Shown: positions 40,086-48,346, counted from the stretch's first letter. The stretch is 64,000 bases of DNA from a virus (IMGVR_UViG_3300031418_000007); one strand, 5' to 3'. A program made the numbers and translations. The notes: a model not told the origin generated them from the letters alone.

Positions 40086-41066
40086 TTAGAAGTCAAAACC
40101 GTCTTCGCTGGCATTAGAAGAGAGATCTTCCTGCTTAACGAAAGTTGATTTGGCTTTCTGTTGAGCGCTTTCCAGCTCATCCAGTTCGCCCTTCAACTTC
40201 TGTACTGCTTCGCCGTGATCCAGCATCATTACAATGATGTTAGCATTAGGTGGATTGTTATCAGGATTGATAACGCCGGTTGCGCGATAAGCTGCATCTT
40301 TAAACAGTGGGCGCGCATTGTCGCGATGATCAAAGATAGAGCAGAAGGATACCGGCGGGTTACCGTTGTAGCTGGTTGCAGCATCATCAGTCAGGAAGTT
40401 GATCTCAGACAGCGCCGGCGGCAGGCCAGTGACTTTAGCGTATTGCAGGCTGTTGGCGATATCTTCAAAGTCCAGCTCTTCGTTCGACTCAGTCAGGAAC
40501 AGACTGGCGTAGTTGATGTTGAGGATCGCTTCGTCGTTGATTTCACGACGAGTACGCTCATCATTGACGATGCTGATGTGCGGGATGACTTTACCCAGGA
40601 AACGCTCTTGTACCTGGTTAGAGATCGACAGCATGATTTTCGCAGAGTTGCGACGCTCAACCAGAGAGGTGTTGTCTTTAACAAACACACCCACGGTTGG
40701 AATGTTGCGACTCAGCAGATAACGCATAACTGCAAAACCTTGACCCGAACCTGTACCGCCAGCGACCGACATGATCACAATACAGAACTTACCTGGCTTG
40801 TGAACTTTAAAAGACTCAGCGATAAACGGCGCGTGGTTCTCAAAGTTCAGCGTAACATCTTTACCAGAGCCCTGTGCTTTTTGACCCGGGTTCTTTGCCG
40901 AGTTCATGTGCAGCACTTCAAACTTTCCATCAGAACTGTTGCTTGCAGAACTGTCAAAGCCGAGGTACTTCGCTTCTTTCAGTACACGGGTGCCTGGGGC
41001 ATCAATGACATCTTTCATGATGTTGATACCAGTACCACCACAACCAATGACCATAAGTTCAGACAT
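40086..41066 (-). CDS. phuZ: PhuZ tubulin (phage spindle)
   Basis: VIGCGGTGINI and AGGTGSG tubulin/FtsZ GTPase motifs; acidic-aromatic C-tail (EDGFDF); 326 aa. Confidence 0.93.
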   Translation of the reverse strand: MSELMVIGCGGTGINIMKDVIDAPGTRVLKEAKYLGFDSSASNSSDGKFEVLHMNSAKNPGQKAQGSGKDVTLNFENHAPFIAESFKVHKPGKFCIVIMSVAGGTGSGQGFAVMRYLLSRNIPTVGVFVKDNTSLVERRNSAKIMLSISNQVQERFLGKVIPHISIVNDERTRREINDEAILNINYASLFLTESNEELDFEDIANSLQYAKVTGLPPALSEINFLTDDAATSYNGNPPVSFCSIFDHRDNARPLFKDAAYRATGVINPDNNPPNANIIVMMLDHGEAVQKLKGELDELESAQQKAKSTFVKQEDLSSNASEDGFDF

Positions 41067-41122
41067 GACACTACTCCGTTGTTAATAAAACTTTAAGTTA
41101 CGATTATTGTACTACATTCACA

Positions 41123-41146
41123 CAGGTAATATAGAACTGAAAAAAT
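41123..41146 (-). promoter_or_regulatory. Early-type promoter for phuZ
   Basis: Minus strand TTTTTCAGTTCTATATTACCTG. Confidence 0.7.
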
Positions 41147-41176
41147 AACGGTGATTTAAAGATTATTTAAAAAGAC

Positions 41177-41220
41177 AAAAAAATAAGGATTGTTGCCTGA
41201 CACGCCTTTGGCGGTCAGGC
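41177..41220 (-). terminator. Terminator ending the putative ncRNA-1 unit
   Basis: Minus strand GCCTGAC-CGCC-AAA-GGCG-T-GTCAGGC followed by a U-run. Confidence 0.65.
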
Positions 41221-41775
41221 TTAAATGTTATCCCCAGTCAGCACATCGATCGGAAACCCCAGATGGCAAGTTGCCACGCTATTCGGGATCTTCGCTTCGG
41301 TGCGAATGGCTGCGTCATAACTTCCGAGCCTGGGGAGTGCTCATGGGAAGGTTCTTTTACAATGTAACCTCTGATATAAGCTATCACGAGATTGAACACT
41401 GTTTGTTCCGTCAACTGGAATTTACCCAGTAAGGGTAAATAAGCTATGAAAAACATACTTACCCTTAATGAGTTGAGAAACATTGTGGAACATCCGTATT
41501 CCACTCTGTTATTACTTTGAGAGGTATAATGAACTTTCAATGAAGGTCCTGAGGTCGCCCTAACAGTTAGGGAGAACGTTCTCAACAGCAGCGCACAGCT
41601 GCAACGTTCTTCTACTCTTCCGCATATGCGATTCGCTCTCATTAGGCAATCGCACCCCCAGCTCAGGGATCGCTTAGTAGACCGGATCTGGCGGCGTGCC
41701 GCTCAGCAGTAGCCGCGCATTACCGAACCTCAGTTCGTCAAGGCGACCACAGGACTTCCATCAAAATCATGTGTT
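41221..41775 (-). ncRNA. Candidate large structured non-coding RNA 1 (about 550 nt)
   Basis: Bracketed by a promoter motif and a terminator; many nested helices; no convincing ORF. Confidence 0.5.
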
Positions 41776-41785
41776 CATTACACTC

Positions 41786-41808
41786 TAATAATACAGAGTT
41801 GAAATAAT
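41786..41808 (-). promoter_or_regulatory. Early-type promoter with no downstream protein gene
   Basis: Minus strand TATTTCAACTCTGTATTATTAG, close to the chmA promoter TATTTCAAGTCTACATTACTAA. Confidence 0.6.
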
Positions 41809-41819
41809 TTAGCGTGGTC

Positions 41820-41856
41820 AAAAACAGAGTGGGATAAAATCCGTATTATCCCATTC
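41820..41856 (-). terminator. Terminator ending the putative ncRNA-2 unit
   Basis: Minus strand GAATGGGATAA...TTATCCCACTC followed by TGTTTTT. Confidence 0.65.
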
Positions 41857-42270
41857 GATTTGGGGTAGTGAAATTTACACGCTGAAGCACCGCGGGACAG
41901 TGGTTCGGTAAGTATTTGGATTACTTAACGTACAGCTGTCCAACAATATCTTGGTAATGCAGTTAAAAATAATAGTGTCCGCTAGAGCCATGGGCGTGAA
42001 AGTTCCCATTCTCATATTCTGTCCTTGTTATTCCCACACGGACGATGGGCAAGGAATTTTCACTTCGGGAGAAGTAAAAGGGTTTGCGACAGCAGAGTAA
42101 CCTCATCAGTGACTGTGCGATAATATCGGCTAATAATCAAAAACTGTGAATCGTTAATCAACCGTCGCAAATAACAATAACCCGAACCCACTCAGAGAGC
42201 GTCAAGGGGTAGCCCGTACAAATTGCAGTGGCTTTAGCCAGTACGTGCTTTATCTTGAAATGAAGTGTTC
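41857..42270 (-). ncRNA. Candidate structured non-coding RNA 2 (about 410 nt)
   Basis: No ORF of 60 aa or more on either strand; several 6-10 bp helices and end-to-end pairing. Confidence 0.42.
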
Positions 42271-42285
42271 TAGAAATACATATTA

Positions 42286-42537
42286 TTACTCAGCTGGCTG
42301 TGCAGTGGCTTTCTGTACCAGCGGAACGAGATCAGTGTAACCACCGATGTGCGCGCCATCTACGAAGATCTGAGGAACAGTATCGATGGGTTTACCCACA
42401 ACTGCTTGCAGATCAGCTTTGGTCATGCCGGCTTCAACGAAGTCAATATAGTTGTGTTCAACACCTTTGGCTTGACACAGTTCTTTTGCACGCTTGCAGA
42501 AAGCGCAACCTTCTTTGCCGTAGATAGTGACTTTCAT
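42286..42537 (-). CDS. grx: Glutaredoxin
   Basis: CAFC active site, TVPQIFVDG and IGGYTDL motifs; 83 aa. Confidence 0.92.
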   Translation of the reverse strand: MKVTIYGKEGCAFCKRAKELCQAKGVEHNYIDFVEAGMTKADLQAVVGKPIDTVPQIFVDGAHIGGYTDLVPLVQKATAQPAE

Positions 42538-42558
42538 AATATCTCGTTATGTGAAAAG

Positions 42559-42648
42559 TGGCAGAGAGTGAGGGATTCGAACCCTCGGTGGAATTACTCC
42601 CACACTTCCTTAGCAGGGAAGCGACTTCGACCGCTCATCCAACTCTCT
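42559..42648 (-). tRNA. tRNA-Ser(GCT)
   Basis: Acceptor AGAGAGT/ACTCTCT+G+CCA, anticodon arm CTTCC-CTGCTAA-GGAAG, long variable arm, GGTTCGAATCC. Confidence 0.95.
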
Positions 42649-42660
42649 ATATAATCGGGC

Positions 42661-42714
42661 GGAGGTGTCGTGGCTCGATGTTACACCCTAAAGTGTGTTA
42701 CCACGACCCCCTCC
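42661..42714 (-). other. Long hairpin resembling a tRNA minihelix, between the two tRNAs
   Basis: GGAGG/CCTCC plus GTCGTGG/CCACGAC (12 bp), inner ACAC/GTGT stem, followed by GCC. Confidence 0.55.
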
Positions 42715-42720
42715 ATAATG

Positions 42721-42796
42721 TGGCTGCCCCAACTGGACTCGAACCAGTGACATACGCATTAACAGTGCGCCGTTCTACCAACTGAACTATGGGGCA
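42721..42796 (-). tRNA. tRNA-Asn(GTT)
   Basis: Acceptor TGCCCCA/TGGGGCA+G+CCA, anticodon arm GCGCA-CTGTTAA-TGCGT, GGTTCGAGTCC; 76 nt. Confidence 0.96.
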
Positions 42797-42944
42797 AGAG
42801 AAACATAATATACTACAAAGGTTACCCAATAAAAATAGGGTAGGGGAAATAGCAGTTATTGCTCCCCTACCCAACCATCTAAAAGGATGATCATACTAAA
42901 AGTAAATAATGGGCAGTGATTGTCGGCACGGTAAAGGGACTAAA

Positions 42945-43550
42945 TCACATATAATTAACTAAGTAATCTAGAATGGCAGGATACGGGAAAACCATGTTGG
43001 CTTGATCGCCGGGTTTCATGATCGAAACGGCGTTGCCTTCTTTAGCCAAAATCTCTTTCATGGGTTCAGACAAATCAGGGTAGCGCAAAGTTGGTTTAAG
43101 GAAACCGTAGCCACCTGTGTATGGTCTGGACACATAACGACCAATAAGGCGATCTGTGCTGAAGTTTCCTTTCTCAGGATGTACGCCAGAGACATGAACT
43201 TGGAAACCCACGTCTGTTAACTGTTTACGCTGTATGGAACAGAAGAACTGGACAACCATAAAGGTCTTAACGAAATGTGCTTCGTTGGGTTTCTTCTTGT
43301 GTGTTTTACAGCACTCGACATAGATATCATAAAAGCTGCGGTCAATTGTGAGTTCTTCAATAAAGACAGTCAGCCAAGCTCCGTCATTCAGTGGTGATTT
43401 AAACTCTGACAAGGCGTAGGTGATCATCCCTCGACTAATGGGTATCTTGCCGCGGTAAGGCATGTCAGGATGACCGTCTACTGGCTTCTTGGCTTTCTCT
43501 ATCGCCCTTTTAACGATACTCCGCACATCGTTGTTAAATTCCTCTTTCAT
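42945..43550 (-). CDS. Hypothetical protein (about 201 aa from MKEEFNND)
   Basis: The ORF track start at 43748 runs through a terminator and poly-U tract; the ATG at 43550 follows GAGG. Confidence 0.7.
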   Translation of the reverse strand: MKEEFNNDVRSIVKRAIEKAKKPVDGHPDMPYRGKIPISRGMITYALSEFKSPLNDGAWLTVFIEELTIDRSFYDIYVECCKTHKKKPNEAHFVKTFMVVQFFCSIQRKQLTDVGFQVHVSGVHPEKGNFSTDRLIGRYVSRPYTGGYGFLKPTLRYPDLSEPMKEILAKEGNAVSIMKPGDQANMVFPYPAILDYLVNYM

Positions 43551-43656
43551 TATCAATGCCTCATAAATAGTTATACCTAATAGCCATTCCAGTGAAAAAC
43601 AAAAAAAAAAGAAGCGTGTGCATAAGTGTTCCCTTGGCGGGGAACACTTATTTGAA

Positions 43657-44166
43657 TTAGGCCAGGATCGCTCTAGCGCGTTTGTAAGCGTGGTTGTATT
43701 TTTCTTCCAGTATGATAGGGGATACGGGAATGATTTGGTAACCTGCATTTTGATAGGTAATGAGTGTATTACGCACTCGTCCTTTCAAGACAGAAGTCGC
43801 ATAGGTCGTCAGCATGTGAAGTGCGTTCAACCACTCTGAATCAACAGTGCGGGTAGGCGCCATGCGGAAACCATAATAGTGATTCGTGTCTTTCAATTTC
43901 TGGATACATAGTATTTCATCAGAAAGACGCACCATCACCATGTCGTGCGCTTGGGTGATTTCATAGACGAAGTTTTCTTTGTCTTCATCAAAGGTTAAGA
44001 AAGTGTCGTCTTTAAAGTTAAACGGCTTTTCTTCTGTCAACGGAAACATCGCAGAAGGAATCGCACTTACAAATGCAGATTGGTTTTGTTCTAACGCCCC
44101 AAAGAACACGTTAAGGAAAGAACTGACTTTCTGGTTTAAGATTTGCTGTTGGTTGTAGTTAAGCAT
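43657..44166 (-). CDS. Hypothetical protein (169 aa)
   Basis: ORF followed by the hairpin at about 43620-43652. Confidence 0.7.
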   Translation of the reverse strand: MLNYNQQQILNQKVSSFLNVFFGALEQNQSAFVSAIPSAMFPLTEEKPFNFKDDTFLTFDEDKENFVYEITQAHDMVMVRLSDEILCIQKLKDTNHYYGFRMAPTRTVDSEWLNALHMLTTYATSVLKGRVRNTLITYQNAGYQIIPVSPIILEEKYNHAYKRARAILA

Positions 44167-44276
44167 TAGGCTGTACTCTGTTATAAAAACACAAGGGATG
44201 ATTGAGATAGTAAAAAATCATACATAAAACTACCTACCCTTTGGAGGGGTAGGTAGCGGTCGTATGACTTCTTTTG

Positions 44277-44909
44277 TTATGCTTTTGCCGAGGTACGGGC
44301 AATGATTTCGGCAGTTGCTTTTTCCAGCGCATCCGCACGGATAGCGTCGAGCTCACCAGCAACCTTGTTGATAAGGTCCTGTTGATCTTTGGTCGCTACC
44401 ACTGGCAGAACGTCAGCCGGCAGTACATCAGGGAAACGCCACACTTGCACATCACCACCTGTGAAGGCATCCAGCTTAGAGGTCAGTTTAATGACATCTT
44501 CAGCTTTCTTACCAATCGCCAGATAGGCCGTTGCGATTTCACCACCAGAACCGATAGCATACTTGGTATTTTCAGACAGGTTCACAAACAGCGCGTGTTT
44601 GCGATCGCCGAAAGTATCGAGGATGAAGATGGTTTTATCGTCAGCCACAGCGATACAGCTGATCCATGCGTCTTGTTTACCTTTGGTATCGAACATGATC
44701 CCGTTTTCGAGGTGGGACATCAGTTCGTAAATACCAGCAGCGTCGCCAGCCACACCCACTGCCAGGATACGTTTACCATTCAGAGTCCAACGCTTACCTT
44801 CAGCCGGCTCGTAGATCTTTTTCATATGAGTCGGAAGTTTAACGTTAAGGTTCTGAGTAACCTGGGAGTCGGAAGCCAGCACGCCATCAGCATAAACAAT
44901 TGTAGTCAT
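44277..44909 (-). CDS. Ntn-hydrolase of the proteasome beta/HslV-like family
   Basis: N-terminal (M)TTIV...ASDSQVT, KKI, AIGSGG and DAFTGG motifs; AAGGT RBS. Confidence 0.75.
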   Translation of the reverse strand: MTTIVYADGVLASDSQVTQNLNVKLPTHMKKIYEPAEGKRWTLNGKRILAVGVAGDAAGIYELMSHLENGIMFDTKGKQDAWISCIAVADDKTIFILDTFGDRKHALFVNLSENTKYAIGSGGEIATAYLAIGKKAEDVIKLTSKLDAFTGGDVQVWRFPDVLPADVLPVVATKDQQDLINKVAGELDAIRADALEKATAEIIARTSAKA

Positions 44910-44973
44910 GGGGATATTACCTTATTGAGTAAAAGAATTGATAAAAGTTACAAACGAGTATGGTGGGTTTTTC

Positions 44974-45636
44974 TTAAAGGTCTACACAGCCAACTGCGGC
45001 GTAACTGATAACTTCATCGTTTTCATTAACATCTAAACGGTATAAGATACCAGTCGCAGTCAGTAATCCAACATGGACGGAGCTTGGTGCTGCATTTTTC
45101 GATTTACGATGGATACAAACCAGTTTCCCCAACTTGGCGTATTCACCAAAAGTTTCACTTCTTGCACGCTCAGGATCCATAGATTCCATCGTCGTGCGTA
45201 CTTTTTTATTATCTCCAATGATAACAGAGGAGTAGTTAAGATCACCAGCGTGAAATAGGTACGCGAGATTTAAACGCTTACGTACATCCTCACTGTCCAG
45301 CAATGCATTTGCATCATCCACCAGTGTGGCATGGAAGAGCGTAGAACTGTAGCGACCGTCGAGTGCGGTTTCGCTAGGTCGTGTTACGATGTTACCAAAA
45401 CCTTCCGTGATCATCACGACCTTGTTATGGTTGCCAATAACGTTGTAGAACTGCACGGGAGGGGCCAGGAAGCGTTTGTTAACGGTAGGTAAGTACATTA
45501 CCTTGCCTGAGAATCCACCGTGAGTTTCCTGCCATACCAGGTCCACCGTAATGGCTTTGCTATGCAGGGTTGTCTTGGTGTCACGGTTTAAACGGTCAAC
45601 TTTGATCTCAGTCGCGGTTAACAGATTGATGCCCAT
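44974..45636 (-). CDS. Hypothetical protein (220 aa)
   Basis: AAGGA RBS. Confidence 0.7.
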   Translation of the reverse strand: MGINLLTATEIKVDRLNRDTKTTLHSKAITVDLVWQETHGGFSGKVMYLPTVNKRFLAPPVQFYNVIGNHNKVVMITEGFGNIVTRPSETALDGRYSSTLFHATLVDDANALLDSEDVRKRLNLAYLFHAGDLNYSSVIIGDNKKVRTTMESMDPERARSETFGEYAKLGKLVCIHRKSKNAAPSSVHVGLLTATGILYRLDVNENDEVISYAAVGCVDL

Positions 45637-45783
45637 TTGGAATCCTTAAAAATGCGGTTCAGTTACAGTAAGATAAGTTGTCAGTGAAAAAAGATTAAAT
45701 AGACTATGGAAAATCTACTTATGGCTGTCTTCTCATCACTTAAACGGTTAAAAGAACAGGGGAGTCGAAACTCCCCGTATAAT

Positions 45784-47058
45784 TTACTTCGAACCCACCA
45801 GGGTCGCTTCAGCGAAGTTTCCTGAGTTGAGTTCGATGTTGGATACCACCATACGACCCGCTAACAATACCGGACCTGTGATGGCGACGTTTTCAAACAC
45901 CCAGATATCCTGCACACCCTTCTCAAGGATTTCAGAGGAGAACTTGATGTGGTTTTCACCGGTGAGAATAAGTTCCACCAGACCGCTCAAACGCTCAAAC
46001 AGTTTGTCTTTCTCTTCTGCGTTGGCGTAATAAAGCGTCAGCGTACCGCCAAACGTTTTATCCGTGACCACTGAAGAGAAGTCGTTGAGGTGTTTGATAC
46101 CGAAGCCAGGTTTCTTCACAGTGCCGGCAGATTCATTCTCCGCCCTCCTTTCATCACTCCACTGTTGGATTTGGCGGAGAACAGAAGTAAGACTAGGCTT
46201 AGGCTCCTGAGCAGAACTGAACTGCGGGAACTGAAACAGTTGTGACATCGGATGTTGGTAGTGCTCGTTACCCATGCTGCCCAGCCAGTAAGGAGACTGA
46301 CCACGACCCGACAACATCGGACCAAGCCCTGATTCTAACGTAACCTGGATTTGGCGAAGATACAGGGATTCGATCTCTTTGACGGATTCGATGATATCGG
46401 CCAGCAGAGCAGGACGGTTTTCAGTGTTGATGTCTTCGTACTCCTTTAACATCGCGGTCAGCTTACTGCGCAGCTTTGCTTCGTTGTCGTCCTTGGGTTC
46501 ACTCTGTGTAGCGTTGTCGAGTGCTTCAGCAATAGCGGTGTTATCCCAGGTTGCCTTGCTACCCGCTTTAGCCGGCATACGAGTAAGTCCCAGCGTCATG
46601 GGTAAACGTACCTGCGGATGTTGTTCAGCGGTAAAGCCCACGTAAACAGGTTCAGGTAAACTATTACGAACGCTGATCCTGGTGGCAACGGACCGGCTCC
46701 GTGCATCAGCATCTCCTAATACTTCAAAGACCTGACTTTGAGAAGCCAACTTATAGAGGACACCCGTACCAATAATTTCGACCCCCCAACGACGCTCCAT
46801 TTTGTAAATGGCATAGGCAGAGTGGTTTACCGTTGCCAATAGCTGCACGATACCCGTGTTAATGAATTGTGTAACCAGATTGCTTAACAGCTTGGGTTGA
46901 CGGTGGGTTTGTAAGTACTGTGCGACAATCTCAATGACGCCTTGGTGCGACGCTGCGGACACCAGGCCGAAGTTATCTACCAGGAACACTGGACCCAAGT
47001 TAGGCAGGTTTACGTGGCGGATAGCGAGGTTATTCAGATTAAGGGTATTACCGATCAT
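45784..47058 (-). CDS. Hypothetical protein (about 424 aa from MIGNTLNL)
   Basis: ORF track gives 45784..47109; AAGGA precedes the internal ATG. Confidence 0.7.
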   Translation of the reverse strand: MIGNTLNLNNLAIRHVNLPNLGPVFLVDNFGLVSAASHQGVIEIVAQYLQTHRQPKLLSNLVTQFINTGIVQLLATVNHSAYAIYKMERRWGVEIIGTGVLYKLASQSQVFEVLGDADARSRSVATRISVRNSLPEPVYVGFTAEQHPQVRLPMTLGLTRMPAKAGSKATWDNTAIAEALDNATQSEPKDDNEAKLRSKLTAMLKEYEDINTENRPALLADIIESVKEIESLYLRQIQVTLESGLGPMLSGRGQSPYWLGSMGNEHYQHPMSQLFQFPQFSSAQEPKPSLTSVLRQIQQWSDERRAENESAGTVKKPGFGIKHLNDFSSVVTDKTFGGTLTLYYANAEEKDKLFERLSGLVELILTGENHIKFSSEILEKGVQDIWVFENVAITGPVLLAGRMVVSNIELNSGNFAEATLVGSK

Positions 47059-47075
47059 GGTGCTTGTCCTTTTGA

Positions 47076-47489
47076 TTAAATGGAGACGATGGTTAGTAAC
47101 TGCATACAACGGTTATCCCGCTGTATGGTTATTTGATTTAGCCAGCTGAGTTCAGTCTTAAATGCGTGCTTAACGATCTCTTTCTCAATGGGTGTGTCGG
47201 TAGGGACGTGTGTGCCTATTCGATTACACTCGTACACGCTGACGTGGGGTTCGCCCTGTTGGTGGGCGTATAACTCCAGCAAAGCGTTTATGTTTTCTAG
47301 ATAAAGTTCCTGTTCTTCCTTGCCCCAGTGTTGCTGGCGGTTTATATCCGTTAAAAGCACAAACGGTTTGTGAGTATAGGGGTGAATAAAACTCAACGTA
47401 CGCACCCCTAGATCCTCATTGTAACATTCCCCTACGGTGAGATAGGGGAGTGACTTAGCTTTACCGTGTTTATTACTATCCATTATCAC
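47076..47489 (-). CDS. Hypothetical protein (137 aa)
   Basis: Operonic ORF. Confidence 0.65.
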   Translation of the reverse strand: MIMDSNKHGKAKSLPYLTVGECYNEDLGVRTLSFIHPYTHKPFVLLTDINRQQHWGKEEQELYLENINALLELYAHQQGEPHVSVYECNRIGTHVPTDTPIEKEIVKHAFKTELSWLNQITIQRDNRCMQLLTIVSI

Positions 47490-47501
47490 TCTTTTATATT
47501 T

Positions 47502-47945
47502 TTACGCAAGAAGCCGAATACCGTTCATGATGATTGCCACACCAGCACACACCACGGTAGTAAAGATCAGTAAACACTTCATGCTTGGCCAATTCATGAT
47601 GGGTTGTAACCAGGACTCTTCCTGTTCTTCTTCTTCACAATCCGCTACCGTAACAACCTTATCCAGCTCCATGATAGTGGTAACGCGCTGGTAAGTCTGT
47701 CCTAACCAATCTCTAAAGCGATGGAACTCCACTTTGATTTGTTCTACGTCCAAGATCTTACCCTTGAACCGTTCGATGTTCTGTACTGCGGCTTTGCAGT
47801 CCATCAACACCCCGTGTAGTTTGGCCATGGTTTTTAAGCCAATGTCCTCCGTATTGCGGATATGATTAACCTTGTTAACCAATTCCTTAATGTCCCGCTT
47901 CACCACGTCAATCAACTGCTCAGTGGTAACGATAACCTCTTGCAT
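47502..47945 (-). CDS. Helical protein with a C-terminal transmembrane anchor
   Basis: C-terminal CLLIFTTVVCAGVAIIM; AGGA RBS; first gene after the promoter at about 48035. Confidence 0.7.
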   Translation of the reverse strand: MQEVIVTTEQLIDVVKRDIKELVNKVNHIRNTEDIGLKTMAKLHGVLMDCKAAVQNIERFKGKILDVEQIKVEFHRFRDWLGQTYQRVTTIMELDKVVTVADCEEEEQEESWLQPIMNWPSMKCLLIFTTVVCAGVAIIMNGIRLLA

Positions 47946-48031
47946 GAACCGTTTCCTCCATTCCTTGTTAAATTGATTATCTACCCTACTCTAAATAAGC
48001 AATAGAGTTATGTTTTATTACGCTTACTACA

Positions 48032-48055
48032 CCTTAGTAATATAGATCTATAATC
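48032..48055 (-). promoter_or_regulatory. Early-type promoter motif
   Basis: Minus strand ATTATAGATCTATATTACTAAGG. Confidence 0.65.
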
Positions 48056-48346
48056 TTTTTCGTTGTAGTGTTCCCTAACCCCTTTTACGGAGTTAGGGTT
48101 AGGTATAGTTAAGTTAATTCTTTTCTCTCTTCTTACTGGTTATCACTAACCCTACCCTGTTTTCCCTTTCTTCCTACCCACGTTACTTACCCAGTGTATA
48201 TAGTTATACTTATTATAAATATATAAAGTAACGTGCCAATCCCCTCCCCCTCAGTTCCCCTTACGAAACCATAAGATTAGATAACCCAATAAAAAAATAA
48301 TAAATATGATAACCTACTCCTCCTTACGGAAGAGTAGGATCACGTG

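Noticed and set aside
41305-41336. CAGGCTCGGAAG...GCAGCCA resembling SRP RNA helix 8
   Set aside because: An extra insertion and a missing complementary 5' strand prevent the SRP hairpin from forming.
41190-41642. ORFs 41238..41642 (-, 134 aa) and 41190..41432 (+, 80 aa)
   Set aside because: No clear RBS, atypical C/S/R-rich composition, and they coincide with dense RNA helices. Treated as chance ORFs, although not excluded.
41745-41765. GATGGAAGTCC resembling RNase P CR-I (GAGGAAAGUCC)
   Set aside because: No upstream P1-P3 and no CR-V; the segment pairs in an ordinary closing helix.
41940-42030. AAGATATTGTTG resembling a group I intron S element
   Set aside because: No G-C guanosine-binding pair in P7, no convincing P/Q elements and no interrupted exon.
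42095-42112. CTGATGAG hammerhead-like core on the minus strand
   Set aside because: No GAAA after stem II and no stem III cleavage triplet.
42164-42190. Plus-strand gtc GCA AAT AAC AAT AAC resembling a tmRNA resume codon and tag
   Set aside because: No tRNA-like ends or nearby stop, and it opposes the local transcription direction.
42655-42720. Theta (HDV-like) ribozyme after tRNA-Asn
   Set aside because: The sequence forms a simple hairpin with no nested double pseudoknot or catalytic J4/2 cytosine context.
42945-43748. 267-aa ORF-track start overlapping the upstream gene
   Set aside because: It reads through a terminator and poly-U tract; the real start is likely 43550.
48073-48155. TTAGGG/CCCTAA telomere-like hexamers
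   Set aside because: Only 2-3 imperfect copies, partly within a hairpin; not a telomere array. Kept only as part of the 48.2-kb locus finding.
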